NCBI GenBank assembly: GCA_050613775.1
Contig: JBODTK010000012.1
Span: forward strand, 62,001-126,000
Reading direction: 5' to 3'
DNA: 64,000 nucleotides
Source of the DNA: Neocallimastix sp. 'constans'
Lineage: Eukaryota
Shown piece by piece: positions 13,040 through 27,397 of the stretch; within the stretch, counting starts at the first letter, position 1, and every line of letters begins with the position of its first letter. The position numbers were made by a program, and so were the translations under genes. The notes under the pieces are model-generated. The model saw only the letters and a program-made list of their open reading frames with translations. It searched no databases and was not told where the DNA came from.

Positions 13040-13613
13040 ATGAGTGATAATAATGGCGAAGGCAAAATGCCTAATCTTCATGATCTTCCTTATGTGGCAA
13101 GAATTGAAATATTATATAAACCAAATATTAAAGTAGAATCAATTCTTTTAGCTTTATTTATAATACTTTATGTTCCATCTACTATAATGTATATAAAAAA
13201 TAAAAATCATCCATTTATAAAATACAGACAACCAAAAATGGTCATACTGGGTGCGATTCTCAGTGGATTTGTTGCCATATTAATTCCTGTAATTAATTTT
13301 AATTTTAAAATTTTAATAAGATTATTTAATATATATAAATAAAATTTTTACTATGATAATATAAGTAATAAAAATGGTGATAAATAATTCTGAATTTGTG
13401 AAAATTATTATCAGAATTATTTATAATACTGATAATAATTATTACTACTACTACTACTACTACTACTATTACCACTAATACTAATATTAATAAAATTAAT
13501 AATTAAATTAATATGATAATTTTAGATTATTCGTATGGCTAAAATATCATGTTTTGGTAATATCAAATATTAAGTATTAATAATTTATTAATATATAATG
13601 ATTATAATTTAAT

Positions 13614-13651
<38 letters not shown>

Positions 13652-15336
13652 GATAATAGTTAATACATGGATTAATAGTTCTGCGATTTATGGCTTTCTT
13701 ATTGTGTAAATATTGTTAATAAATTTTTAATTTATAAAGTTAATTATTCAATAGATCTTTATATAATTAATATACATTATCATTATTATATAGTACTTTC
13801 ACTCGATATGCAAAAATTTATTTTATTCAAAAACTGAGTATTTTTAAGTTAAAATTTAGTGAAAAAAATAATAAAAGTATCCATGATAAAGGTGACTTTT
13901 CTATGAAAAGTATAATTGGAAAACCAAAAGATGTTGGAGGAGAAACTTCAATTTCAATAAAAACAAGCTCTATAAGAAGTAGTACATTAACTCATGATAG
14001 TGGTACATCAAATGATGTTAATACCCAAAGTTTAAATTCTGTTGATCCAACTACATATTTTAAAAGACTTGATTCTATTATTAAACTGGTATTTAATATA
14101 TTTATTTAATGAATAATATGCTCTAAAAATATTTTAATGCTAATATAAATTAATTTTACATAAACTTTTTTTTATATATTTTTATAAATTTGTTTAAACA
14201 ATTAATTTTTTTTTTTTTATTTTAAAATTTATATATATATATATATATATATGTATATAATTATTAAAAATTAAACGGATTAATATTTGTATAGAAAATT
14301 TCAATTTATTTTATTGCTTTACCTATGATATGTCTATTTACTTATTATATAGTAATTACAATTAATAAGTTTGATACACTAAAAAAACCATGTCCAAATG
14401 AAATTAAAGATATTACTTATCCAAAACTAGCTACAAATATTTTCATTTTTATTTCATCAATATTTATGTTTTATCAAATTTATTTTAAGCAAAAATGGGA
14501 TAGAGAATTTAAATTAGAATATACAACTTTCGTAATTGTACAACTTACTTGTAAGTATTAATTATTATTGTAAAAAAAAAAAAAATAAATCAATAATATA
14601 ATATTAAATGTAATAGGAATTTTTACTTTGAATTTTTTTTTTTTTTTTTATTTTTACATTTTGAAATATATTAGATATAAATATTTATAATAATGTTATT
14701 ACTTTTTTGATTATTTAAATCATTGACATTCTATATTAATTAATGCTAAAATATATAATTTAAAGGTAACATTTTAATTAATATGACTACTAAAGGTAAA
14801 TTGAATGATACTATTGCTTCCTATAGAATATATATATTTCAAATGTTTTCATTTTCTGTCCAATTATTATGTGTATATGAACCATTAATAAAAATATTTT
14901 ATACTAAACATTGGGTAAAAGAATCAAAGGTACATATTTATTTATCCTTAACAAATATATATATATAATATAAATAATAAATAAATTTTATATTTTTTTT
15001 TGATTAAAATATATTTAATACTCTAAAATTTAATACTCTAAAACAATGTAATTAGTTAACACAAGAAGAATTTTTAAATAAATTATCCAATACTTCGTTT
15101 AGAGAACAAGTCAAAGTAGGCTTTTTAAAATATAATTTTTCTAAAATGTCTTAAATGTCTGTATTGTCTATATTAAAAAATTAAAATTTATTTATTTATT
15201 TTTATTATAAAAAGGATATAGCAACACATACTTTCTGTATTGAAAATTTATTATTTATTGAAGCACATAATGAATTAATGAATATTGTCTTAAATTATTA
15301 TAGTAAAAAAAATAATCCACCAGCCGTCGAATGTAG

Positions 15337-15368
<32 letters not shown>

Positions 15369-15888
15369 TTTTTTTAAATATAAGAACAAAAAAAAAAAAA
15401 AGGATATTATTATTATTTTATTACTGATTTATGAATTTCCATATTAATATATATATATATTTTTTTTGTTAAGTTACCTATAATAGTTCAGATGTTTTAC
15501 ATAAAAATACAATTAGTCCAATATTATATAAACCTTTTGAACCCATTTTTAAGCCATATTTTGAAAAAATTTATGATTTATACATTAAAGAAGACGGTAT
15601 TGCTTGCGTAAACGTAAAAGCTAGCACTATAAGAACTATTGAAAATCAAATGGAAAATGATAATTACTCTTATTTAATGTTTTTGAAGGTATTTACTAAT
15701 AATTTATTATGAAAAATAATAAAAATTTATAAAAAAAAAAAAAAAAAAAATTAAATGTATTATATATATATTTTGTTTCTAATTAAAAATTATTTAAAAA
15801 ATTAAAAAATTGTTATAATAAAAAGGCTGCAGAAGAAGTTGGTGAACTTTTGTATAACAACGTTAATGCCAAGTTATATGTGCATTAA
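13040..15888 (+). CDS. Multi-pass membrane protein with C-terminal RGS domain (7TM-RGS / GprK-like), multi-exon
   Basis: Hydrophobic exons (..HPFIKYRQPKMVILGAIL..) joined by GT-AG introns. The last exons read FCIENLLFIEA..IYDLYIKEDGIACVNV..MFLKAAEEVGELLYNN, a typical RGS pattern. Stop TAA 15886-15888. Confidence 0.82.
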
Positions 15889-16140
15889 AGGAAATTTCAT
15901 ATTTGTATTAATAAATAATACCAAATATTAAATATTAAATAGCAGATTATACTATATATATTTCATATATTTCGTATAGTATTAAATATAAATATTTTTT
16001 TCTTTATAATTTTATTTAGTTTATATTAGTAAATAATGTTATATATATACACAGTAGTTAATATATTTGTAAATTATTTAATTAATACTAAAAGAAAGTG
16101 TATTATTTTACATATATATTGTTTATGTTAATTTTTGAAA

Positions 16141-16199
<59 letters not shown>

Positions 16200-16300
16200 A
16201 ATAAATAAATAAAATAAATAAAAAATATGTAAATAAAATAAATAAAATAAATAAAAAATATATATATATTTATTTTTTAATACATAATATTATATGTTAG

Positions 16301-17144
<844 letters not shown>

Positions 17145-20100
17145 TGTTAGCTTTATTAAATTTAGATCTATAATAATATTCCTTATGGAATATGGTATAC
17201 AAGGGAAATAAGTGTATGATCTATCTTTCAGCTTTAAATAAGTAATAAAGTCACATGTTACTACATGCGTTTTCCATAACATAGAATAAATTAAAAATTA
17301 ATTAAATAAATATTAAAAGATAATTAACATAGATTTATACAAGACGATAGATCATAATACATTTAAGTAATCATTAAATATAAATAAATAAATACACATA
17401 AATATAAATAAATACTATAAATAAATAAATTAAATATATAGTAAAATTATGAGTGCAGTCAACACTCCCCCTCAAATAATATTTTTAGATAAAAATGTTG
17501 TTTGTAAATTTTTGTATCTTTGGTCCATTTGAGTCCTTGGTTAATATGTCCGCTAGCATGTTTTCAGTATCAATATATTCTAATTTTACTTTCTTCTTTG
17601 CAATATTGTCCCTGTTGAAATGATATCTTACACTTATATGCTTTAATTTTGTATTTATTTCTCCGTTCTCCATTATTTTCTTACTTGCTTGATTATCTGT
17701 ATAGATTTTAACAGTTATCCATTTGTTTAAAATTTCTTTTATTATATTTCTAATCCATAATATTTTCTTTATATTTTCTGAAGTGCTTATGTACTCTGCT
17801 TCAGCAGTAGACGTAGCAACACTTGTTTGTTTCTTGGACAACCAGCATATAGGACTTGTTCCCATAAGTATTATTCCTCCTGAGGTAGATTTTCTATCTT
17901 CCAAACAGCCGGCAAAGTCAGAGTCGGTATATGCAACAAGCTCCCCCTTTCCATTATATTCTATCTTAAATTCTTTGGTACTGTTAATATATTTTAGAAT
18001 ATTTATTATTTTGTTCCAATCTGATATAGTTGGATTTTCACATTTTCTTGAAGCTTTATTTACAGCGAAAGCTATGTCAGGTCTAGTACATTTCGAAAGG
18101 TATATTAAGGAACCTATTGCGCTTTTGTAGATTGTTTTATCGAAAGGTTTATTGTTTTCTGATATTTTATTATCACCAGTACATGGTGTTTTTCTTTTCT
18201 TTGTATTATCGATATTAAATTTATATAACATATTATTTATAAAATTTTTCTGTGAAATAATATATGAATTATTTTCTTTCTTTACTTCAATTCCTAATAT
18301 GTATTCAATTGGATCACATTTAGATATTTTAAATTTTGATTTTATTTTATTTATTATTTGTTTAATGTATTCGTTTTCTCCAGCGATGACCATGTCGTCC
18401 ACGTATAAGCCGATAATGCATTTTGTTATATTATTTTTTGTAAATTTGAAAATACATTGTTCGGATTTAATTTGAATGAACTCATTTTTTATTAGGAATT
18501 TTCTAATGGTATTATACCATTGTCTACCAGATTGCTTAAGGCCATACAAAGCTTTGTTGAGCTTCCAATATCCCGCCCAAAGCGCGTATCGCCTTTAGGA
18601 ATAGTAGTATAAATATCTTTATCAAGCGGAGCATTAAGGTAAGCGGCTTTTATATCCTGCTGGAAAATATTCCACTTAAGAGCAGCAGAAATAGCAAATA
18701 TTAGTTTAAGACCATCAATGTTTAGAGTAGGAGAATAAGTTAATTCATAAACGATTCCCCATTTTTGTTTAAATCCACGAGCAACTAAACGAGCTTTATA
18801 TTTATAAATATTATTATTTGAATCACGTTTAGTGTTGAAAACCCATTTTGTGGTAGTGATGTTTTTGTTTTTAGGTACATTTTTAACAAAAGTCATAATA
18901 TTATTAGAATAAAGGTTATTAAGTTCATCATTAATAGCCTCAATCCAGTTATTTTTGTCTTCACTGTTTATTGCTTCTTCATATGTATTAGGAATGTGAC
19001 AAAATATAGAAGCAATAATAATGTCGTTGATTTGGTCTAGTTTTCTACGAGAACTAATATTAGTAGGTGCAGTCTCTTTATATTTTGGACTAAGTGGTCT
19101 TTTATAGATGTTGCCATATTCTGTATTGGCTACAATGTCATCCATAATTTCATCTTTATTAAAATCAATAACACTTGATGCATCTATAAGAGATTTGTGG
19201 GCATAATTTTCTTTGTTTACTATATTATTGTTGCTAAATTTATTATTTATTTCGTTATTATTAGTAAGTGAAATTTCGTCTGATTTTTGAGAAATTTGGT
19301 TGGTTGAAGAATCGGTTATTAAAGGTAAATTCTGATTAATATTATATGGAAGAGTTATATTTTTAAGATTTTCCATTACCGTATTTTTATTATCTGAAGG
19401 AATATTATTGATATCTATTGTAGGAGTGGAGAAATTATAGTTTTTCTTCATAGAGTCGCTGGATTTTGAATTTTGTTGAATTCATTATTTTTCGATAAAA
19501 AATTTTTATTAATTAAATTTTGATCATTTTTTGGTAAATTTTTGATATTCATTGATTTATTTGAATTATTAATAGATTTATGTGAATCATTATTGTTGTC
19601 ATATGTTATATATGATTCATTAGTGCTATTTGGAATTATTGAATTATTTGAAAATTTTTTGATATGATATGAATGTGATTTTGCTTCAGCCAATAGATTT
19701 TCTTGAAAATTTTCATCATTTTTTGAAAAATTTTTATTATTAAAATTTTTTTTCATATTATTATTATTTATTGAAAAATTCTGTAAATTTTGGCTTGATT
19801 TTTCATTATTTAAAAATATTTTATTTTTATCAAAATTTTCAAATTCGGTTATTTTTTCTTTTCCTTTGTTCCTGCTGGAAGTTGAGGCGGCGTAAGCAGG
19901 ATCTTCTTGGTATTCTTAGTATTATTTCTAAACTTTTTATTATAATTTTTATTTATTATTTCTAAATTTCTATTTATCTCATTCAAATAATTATTTTCAG
20001 AATTATTTTTGTCAACATTGTTGAAATTGAATTTCAATTTAAATTCACAATTATTTTTATTTTTAATTTCAGGATTAATTTTAGAATTAATTTCAACATC

Positions 20101-20742
20101 TTTATTTAAATTATGGTTATTTTTCTGGTTTATATCTTTATTATCAAATTCTTGATTTTCTTCATTTAACGATATATTATTGACATGCTTATTTTTAATG
20201 TAATTACTTTTATGTTCTGTATTAGTAGTCCTTTCATTATTAATATTTTCATTTAAAATGTTTTCTTCATTTAAGATGTTTCTTCCATCAAAATTATTTT
20301 CATTGTTCATATTATTATCTTCATTTATATTATTGTCTTCATTTATATTATTGTCTTCTGGATTCCTATCTTTTCTATTGTTGTCTTTCATAAATGAGAA
20401 GTAAGAGTCTTTATAATTGCTTGTTTCGTATTTGTGTTTACTAGGTTCTTCTTCAACGAATTCTACATCGTTAGTATAATGCATTTTATTATTTTCAATG
20501 TCCATGATAATATATGAATACTTTTTATCATCAAATCCCAAGAATACGCCCTTCTTAGCATTTGGTAAAAATTTTGATTTGTGTTGTGTATCATCCCTGT
20601 AATAACACACACAACCAAAAGTTTTTAAATGTTTTAACTCTACCTTTTTGTTATAAAATACTTCATTGGGTATTAAAAATTTATTTCCTGAATGGGGAAT
20701 TAAGTTATATATGTAGCATGCCTGTTTTATGGCAAAATTCCA

Positions 20743-23163
20743 CTTAATCGTAACTTCTGGATCCATGCTTTAAGGAATATTAGTCTTAGATCCTCTACCT
20801 GGAATATCAACGATCCCATTACGATTGACGATATTAAAAAAACTATTTCATCTATGAAAAACAACAAAGCACCCGGCCCCGATGGTATCCCGATTGAATT
20901 CTACAAAGCTCTGTTTTGCAATGAAGAATTACTAGAAACACATCCTGCTGCTGGAAAGTGTCTTAAATTGATTTTTAATAAAATATGGAATGGGTCTTTT
21001 CCTAAAAAATGGAACTCAGCTTCTATTGTATCAATCCCTAAGAAAGGTGACCTATCAGATTGTAGTAATTATCGAGGTATTTCTCTCATTAATGTTGGAC
21101 TGAAAATCATTTCAAAAATTGTAACAGATAGAATATCTTCTTACGCACTCTCACACAATTTCATTAGACCTGAACAATTTGGCTTTCGCAACCGTGAAGA
21201 ATGCATTAGTTTATTCATTTCCGTTAGAGAAATATGCCAAAGAAGAAAATTTCAAGGAAAATTCACATATTTAGCCTTTTTAGATCTTAAAAAAGCTTAT
21301 GATTCAGTTCCTATTTTTAACATTCTCACTAAATTATATCATTATGGAGTACGTGGTAAATGTTTTGATTTTCTTTGTAATTTATATACTTCATCTAAAG
21401 CTCGTGCTCGATTTGCTTCAATGTTATCAAATGAATTTCCTATTAAAAGAGGTGTTCGTCAAGGTTGTCCATTATCTCCGATCTTATTCAATTTATTCAT
21501 CAATGATATATTAAATGACTGCGAAAAGTATGGTGTTAATATTGGAAGAAAAAAGTGTTGTGGTGGACTCTTTGCTGATGATGTTATCCTCATTGCTCCA
21601 AGTGCAAAAAATTTAGAAAAATTACTTAAAAAGGTACATAAATGGGCTAATTTAAATGAAATGACTTTTGGTATAGAAAAATGTGCAACTATGGTTATAA
21701 AACCAATGAACTTCCAATCTCCTCCAAACTATAGTGACCCAACCTTCTATTTAGGAATGAATGCTATTCCTAAAGTTTCTAGTTATATTTATCTTGGTAT
21801 TCCTTTTTCTGATGATCTCTTACTAGAACACATTATATCTCACATGCATTTTAAAGTTAGAAAATCCCTTCTTTCATTTACACATTTCTTCTCAAATAAA
21901 CTTATCCCTATTGCATACAAGGAAAAAGTTCTTCAATCCTTTGTTATTAGTAAAGTAATTTATTATTCTCCTTTACTTGGTTCAAACAAATCTAGAACGG
22001 CCAGAATTCAAACATTAATTAATACTGGTCTATTTTGGTGTATCGGCTCATTCTCTAAAAATGGTGAAACAAGTTCAGAAGACAATGACTACATTAGACA
22101 TAATTCTACTATGAGTACTTATGCTTTATCTCGAGATCTAAGCATTCCTCCTATTGCTGGTGTCTGCGCAGCCTTACAGATTAAATCATTTGCAAAATGG
22201 AGTAAATCAAACTGTATTATAAAGGATCTTATTAAATCTATTCCCAAAATGCATCATTATTCCTGGACTAAAGAATCAAGAACACTGTATAAAAAAATCA
22301 AAAAATATAAATGTGAAAAATATGACGATATTTTAGAACGTTACTGGAAATCAGTTGCCAAATTTCAAGGTATTAAAGGTCAAAATTACGATTGTAATAA
22401 GTTCTCAAACAATAAAGCTATAATTATGCTTAGTTTAAAATATCCCCAATTCAACTTAGGGTTTTCGTGGATTATTCGTTTACGCTGTGGTTATAAATAC
22501 AATACTACTATTGCTATTAGAGTTTCAGAAGATTGTCCCAAGTATTGCCCCTGTTGTGGCGAAGATAAACAATCTTTTGAACATTGGATTTTTAAATGCG
22601 ATGCTCTTGCATCTTTTAGATGGAATTCTTTAAATTTCATCGATGATCTCTATGTTTTATTCCTTAGGAAGATTAGAGTGTTTAATCCTCTTTCTTCCTA
22701 TGACTCTATTTCTAATTTTGAAGATTATATCAATCATTATATATACTTGTTCCTTCTTGGTGGGACTTTAGTTTTAAATGAGCTACATTTCGATAGTGGG
22801 GAACAGAGACAATTAAATGAACTACTTTTCAAAGGTTCATCTGAGTCACCTGTTCCAAAAATTGTGGGCTTGGCGGAATTCTTAACAAGTGCAATACCTA
22901 TCATTAGTAGTTCGTTTGAGCTATTATTTGATAGGTATTGCAAAATACCAAACTTATCCAAGAGCGTCGACGTCGTACTGATAAGGCATAATGATAATAC
23001 AGGATCGTCATCTATTTCTACGAAGGATGAATCTTGCCCTAGTAGTTCAATAAATGATGAATCCGGGGAGAGTTTAGTGGACACCACACTATCTATATTA
23101 AAGATGTTACTTCTAGGTTTTATTTCTTTTTTATTTGTTAGGAAGGGAAAAATTCCCGCATAG
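20743..23163 (+). CDS. LINE ORF2, partial: reverse transcriptase plus C-terminal CCHC Zn knuckle, endonuclease lost by 5' truncation
   Basis: KAPGPDG, YRGISL, QFGFR, FLDLKKAYD, GVRQGCPLSP, FADD, YLG, CPCC..HWIFKC. The frame is open from the first inserted base (111 nt upstream of ATG 20854). Confidence 0.93.
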   Translation, partial: LNRNFWIHALRNISLRSSTWNINDPITIDDIKKTISSMKNNKAPGPDGIPIEFYKALFCNEELLETHPAAGKCLKLIFNKIWNGSFPKKWNSASIVSIPKKGDLSDCSNYRGISLINVGLKIISKIVTDRISSYALSHNFIRPEQFGFRNREECISLFISVREICQRRKFQGKFTYLAFLDLKKAYDSVPIFNILTKLYHYGVRGKCFDFLCNLYTSSKARARFASMLSNEFPIKRGVRQGCPLSPILFNLFINDILNDCEKYGVNIGRKKCCGGLFADDVILIAPSAKNLEKLLKKVHKWANLNEMTFGIEKCATMVIKPMNFQSPPNYSDPTFYLGMNAIPKVSSYIYLGIPFSDDLLLEHIISHMHFKVRKSLLSFTHFFSNKLIPIAYKEKVLQSFVISKVIYYSPLLGSNKSRTARIQTLINTGLFWCIGSFSKNGETSSEDNDYIRHNSTMSTYALSRDLSIPPIAGVCAALQIKSFAKWSKSNCIIKDLIKSIPKMHHYSWTKESRTLYKKIKKYKCEKYDDILERYWKSVAKFQGIKGQNYDCNKFSNNKAIIMLSLKYPQFNLGFSWIIRLRCGYKYNTTIAIRVSEDCPKYCPCCGEDKQSFEHWIFKCDALASFRWNSLNFIDDLYVLFLRKIRVFNPLSSYDSISNFEDYINHYIYLFLLGGTLVLNELHFDSGEQRQLNELLFKGSSESPVPKIVGLAEFLTSAIPIISSSFELLFDRYCKIPNLSKSVDVVLIRHNDNTGSSSISTKDESCPSSSINDESGESLVDTTLSILKMLLLGFISFLFVRKGKIPA

Positions 23164-23339
23164 TACAACTTGCCGAAATACATAGTATTTTCGAGCTTTT
23201 TTATTTTTTTTTATTTTTTAATTTTTTTATTTTTAATTTCAAATGTACTTTTCACCTACATGTATTTTTTAAAATAAAATTAATAAAGTTTTGGAAGTGT
23301 ATTCTCTTCCCTGTCTAAAAAAAAAAAAAAAAAAAAAAA
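20743..23339 (+). mobile_element. 5'-truncated non-LTR retrotransposon (LINE) inserted antisense into copia integrase
   Basis: 14-bp TSD ATGGCAAAATTCCA at 20729-20742 and 23340-23353 (duplicates copia codons WNFAI). Poly(A) from 23317. Confidence 0.96.
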
Positions 23340-25857
23340 ATGGCAAAATTCCAAAAGTTTTCTGATAATTCTGCCCAATATAGAAGAGTTTTAGCTGAAT
23401 TTCTAAGAGTTCTGTTTATTCTTTCAGCTTTTCCATTAACTTCAGGACAACCTGGGGGAGAATAGGTTTTTTCTATTCCATTTTCTTTACAGTATTTATT
23501 AACTGTTTTATTTTTAAATTCCTTTCCTCCATCTGATTTAAATATTTTAATATTATATTCTTCAAATTGGTTATTTAAGTACATGAAGAATTCCACAATT
23601 AATTCGGGGGCTTCGGCTTTAGATTTTAAAGTATATATCCATACTTTTCTTGAGAATTCATCCATGAATGTAATAAAGTATTTTTTATTATTAATAGATG
23701 AATTGTATGGACCTGAAATGTCTGAATGTATTATTTCTAATATTTTCGTAGCTTTTGGTGTTTTTCCTCCGTGTGATTTCCTTGACATTTTAGCTACTTT
23801 ACATTCTATGCATTTAGGAGTTTTTATTTGGTGTAAACTTAGATATTTGTTTATGTTTTCTAGGTAATAATGACCTAGTCTTCTATGCCAAATTTCAAGG
23901 CTTTTTTCATCAACTTCGTTTAAAGCCATAATATTTTTATCCTTTTCTTCAAAGTTTTTATTAATCTTGTAAGTATTTACTAAGAATTGATTATCATTTG
24001 TAGAATAATAAGTTCCTATATATACATTATTTGGACCCCATAAGTTAAATCTACCATGTGTATAATCATCAGTGTCAATAATGACTCTATATCCTATTTT
24101 GGCCAGTTCTATTCCACTAATAAGATTTTTAGTTGCAGATTTTGAATATAATACCCTGTCTAGTCGTACATATATTCCATTAATGTAACATTCGTAAGTA
24201 CCATACCCTTCGAAGCTACACATTGTCCCATTGGCACATCTTAACTTTATTTTGCAGTGAATAAAATTATTTAGCAAATTAAAATCATTAGTTATATGTT
24301 CTCCAGCACCAGTATCATATAACCATTCACTAGTCTTATCATTTTCTTCATAATAATTGATGTTGTTTACATATAATTCCTCTTTTTTATTAGGAATTGT
24401 TATTTCCTTTGGAATAATAAAACTATCATTCACGTATTCAATTAATCCAGAAAATTTAACCTTATTGTTAATGTTTATTTCTTCTTGTTTTTCTATCAGT
24501 GCCCTTGCGTCTTCAAAATTAAAATTATCGTCATAACTACTGGCACTGTCTGGATCAGAAATTTTACTCATTAAATGTAAAGACTTCTTTGGATAATCAT
24601 TTAATGTGGTCTTTACTTGAAGCTTTTCTTGCCTCCCTTTATTATGATTTGACTTCGTCTTCATATTATATATGCAGTTTCTGGTAGAGTGTCCTTTAAC
24701 TTCACAAATGTGGCAATATGATTTATTATTATTGTCTTTGTTACTATTATCTTTATTATTATTGTTATATTGGTTACCATTTTGCTTTCCTCTTTTCTTA
24801 GAGTTAGAGCTTTTGTTATTATGGTTGTTGTGTTCATTTTTCTTTGAGGAATTACTAGTTCTTCTTCCTCTACTGATAAAATCTAGATCCATTGGATCAT
24901 CTTTTTCAATGGTTTTGTTATCTTCCCAATTTTCTAGGTAAGATTTTGCATAAATAAAACTTTTGAGATTATTAATATATACATTAGGGTCACTATTCAA
25001 ATTAATTTGAATGATATTTTTATAATCATCCGGTAGTACATTATAGAGATATTTTAATTTTTCCTTATCAGTGATCTCCACATGTTGTTCTTCCATATCA
25101 TCGAAAGTTTCTTTCATAAGTTCTAGCTTTTCGATGATTTGATTTCTATCTCTGGCTTTAATACTTCTTAACCTTTTAAGCCAGTATTCCATATCAGCAT
25201 TTGAATTTCCATATTTTGATTTGAGTCTTTCCATTATACGGAAACCATTATTAAGTCTGCTGATTTCTCTTAAAACAGAATCATTGACATTCTTACTGAT
25301 CATGAGTATCATGTCAGCATCGATCCTTTCTGCTTCCTCAACTAATCTGATATGATTAAGAGGATTACCAAAAAGTTTAGTTAGCTGAGTATTGATATCA
25401 ATGTCATTGTTTCGATTAACCTCAGCATTATTGTTTCAAATAGGTGCGGCAGGAGCTTGCGGCAACATTTTGGTAATTAATTTAGTAATTACCTTGTTGA
25501 TAACATCGTTGACATTGGTGTTGTAATTAAAACCTACATCATTAAGTTTTCCAACGACGTCGACTTCCATGAATTCCTTAATACCTTGACGTTTAGCGGC
25601 ATTGTTAATAAGAAATTTCCACTCATTAAAGTTGGATTTTCCATGGAGGCGTTGGTCCTTAGCTAAGTTAAAGTCTTGCATGATTTCGAAGCGGTGAAGC
25701 GAATTAATTAAGTACTTTTAATAATAAATGATATGAGTCAACTGAGACTCTTAATCTGTTAGCTTTATTAAATTTAGATCTATAATAATATTCCTTATGG
25801 AATATGGTATACAAGGGAAATAAGTGTATGATCTATCTTTCAGCTTTAAATAAGTAA

Positions 25858-26241
25858 TGATATAAAACAAATATGTGTAGTAACATATTTGTATATTTAA
25901 TAATAATTATTAAATATTAAATTTATATCTTTTTGATAATAATTATTTTATTTTATTTTATTTCAATATATATTATTATAATTATAATAATTATAATACT
26001 TTATTTCATATAAAATTTATATAGTTCTATATATTAGAATATATAATTAATATATTACCTATTTCTTATAAATTAAATTATTTATATTTGAAATAGAGAA
26101 CTCTCTTGTAAAATTTTAGGAATTAGAATTATTATTTTAATTGTACGAATATTATAATTTTATTAATAAAATTTACTAAACTACCATTACTTTAAAAATC
26201 CACTGCTTATAAATTATTGCACATAAAAGTCCCGCATATCA
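25858..26241. mobile_element. 384-bp solo LTR of another family inserted in the copia 5' LTR
   Basis: Absent from the 3' LTR. Ends TGATAT...ATATCA with 4-bp TSD GTAA (25854-25857, 26242-26245); 708-320=388=384+4. Confidence 0.88.
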
Positions 26242-26463
26242 GTAATAAAGTCACATGTTACTACATGCGTTTTCCATAACATAGAATAAATTAAAAATTA
26301 ATTAAATAAATATTAAAAGATAATTAACATAGATTTATACAAGACGATAGATCATAATACATTTAAGTAATCATTAAATATAAATAAATAAATACACATA
26401 AATATAAATAAATACTATAAATAAATAAATTAAATATATAGTAAAATTATGAGTGCAGTCAAC

Positions 26464-26611
<148 letters not shown>

Positions 26612-27302
26612 TTTATAATTTTTTTTAATTAATATTCCTAAATAATATTAAAATAATACACATAAATATAATTTAATATATTTATAATATTATTACAATA
26701 GTCTATTTTTAATATATTATTAGCTTAAACCAAATTCAAAATAAATTTTATTGGTTAAAATGTAGTTGCTATAGAAATGATTTTTTCAACAAATCATGAT
26801 TAAATTAAAATATTATACTCTAATATATGTGGCTTGAAAATATTATATTAATATGTAAATCTACTTTTATATAGTCAATTAAGTGTGATATATTAAAGAA
26901 TAATTAATATAATCAACTATAATTACTGTATTATATTCTATAATAATGAATATTATATAAATAGTTCATATATTCATATATATAATTAATATAAAGCATT
27001 ATAAAATGTATTGATATATTAAATATTTTATTTAATTTTTACATAAAATATATTTAATTTATTAATATATACTATATATAATTGAATTATTTAGAATATA
27101 GTATTTATTATATTTTTTTATATTTGTTTCTTGTATAATAACTCATGTATTAGACTTTAAATAATAAAATGATGATATATATTAGATAGTATTTATTAAA
27201 TATTAAATATTAATTAAATTAGTAGTTTTGAATCAACTAAAAAAAAAAAAAAATTTTTTTGTAAAATTATTGAATTTTGTCTACATATTTTATTTAATTT
27301 TA

Positions 27303-27397
<95 letters not shown>

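Larger units (their letters stand above)
17485..25681 (-). pseudogene. Copia gag-pol polyprotein, disrupted
   Basis: Gag start 25681, in-frame TGA at 25436. Zn knuckle CHICEVKGHSTRNC, protease WLYDTGA, WHRRLGH, integrase IHSD/DEFSR/SDGGKEF/NGKAER. LINE insertion in the integrase. RT motifs KARLVARGF, YGLKQSGRQW, YVDD; RNase H motifs YTDSDFA, TEAEY, MLADILTK. Frameshifts near 19850, 19450 and 18570. Confidence 0.95.

Noticed and set aside
17723..18475. Antisense or alternate-frame ORFs over copia, LINE, chitin synthase, ABCA and MDH
   Set aside because: Shadows of real coding frames with no recognisable motifs.
22978..23195. Hammerhead ribozyme in LINE 3' end (CTGATAAG...CGAAA)
   Set aside because: The core deviates from CUGANGA, the cleavage triplet and stem I are poor, and the GAAA is better explained by a simple stem-loop.
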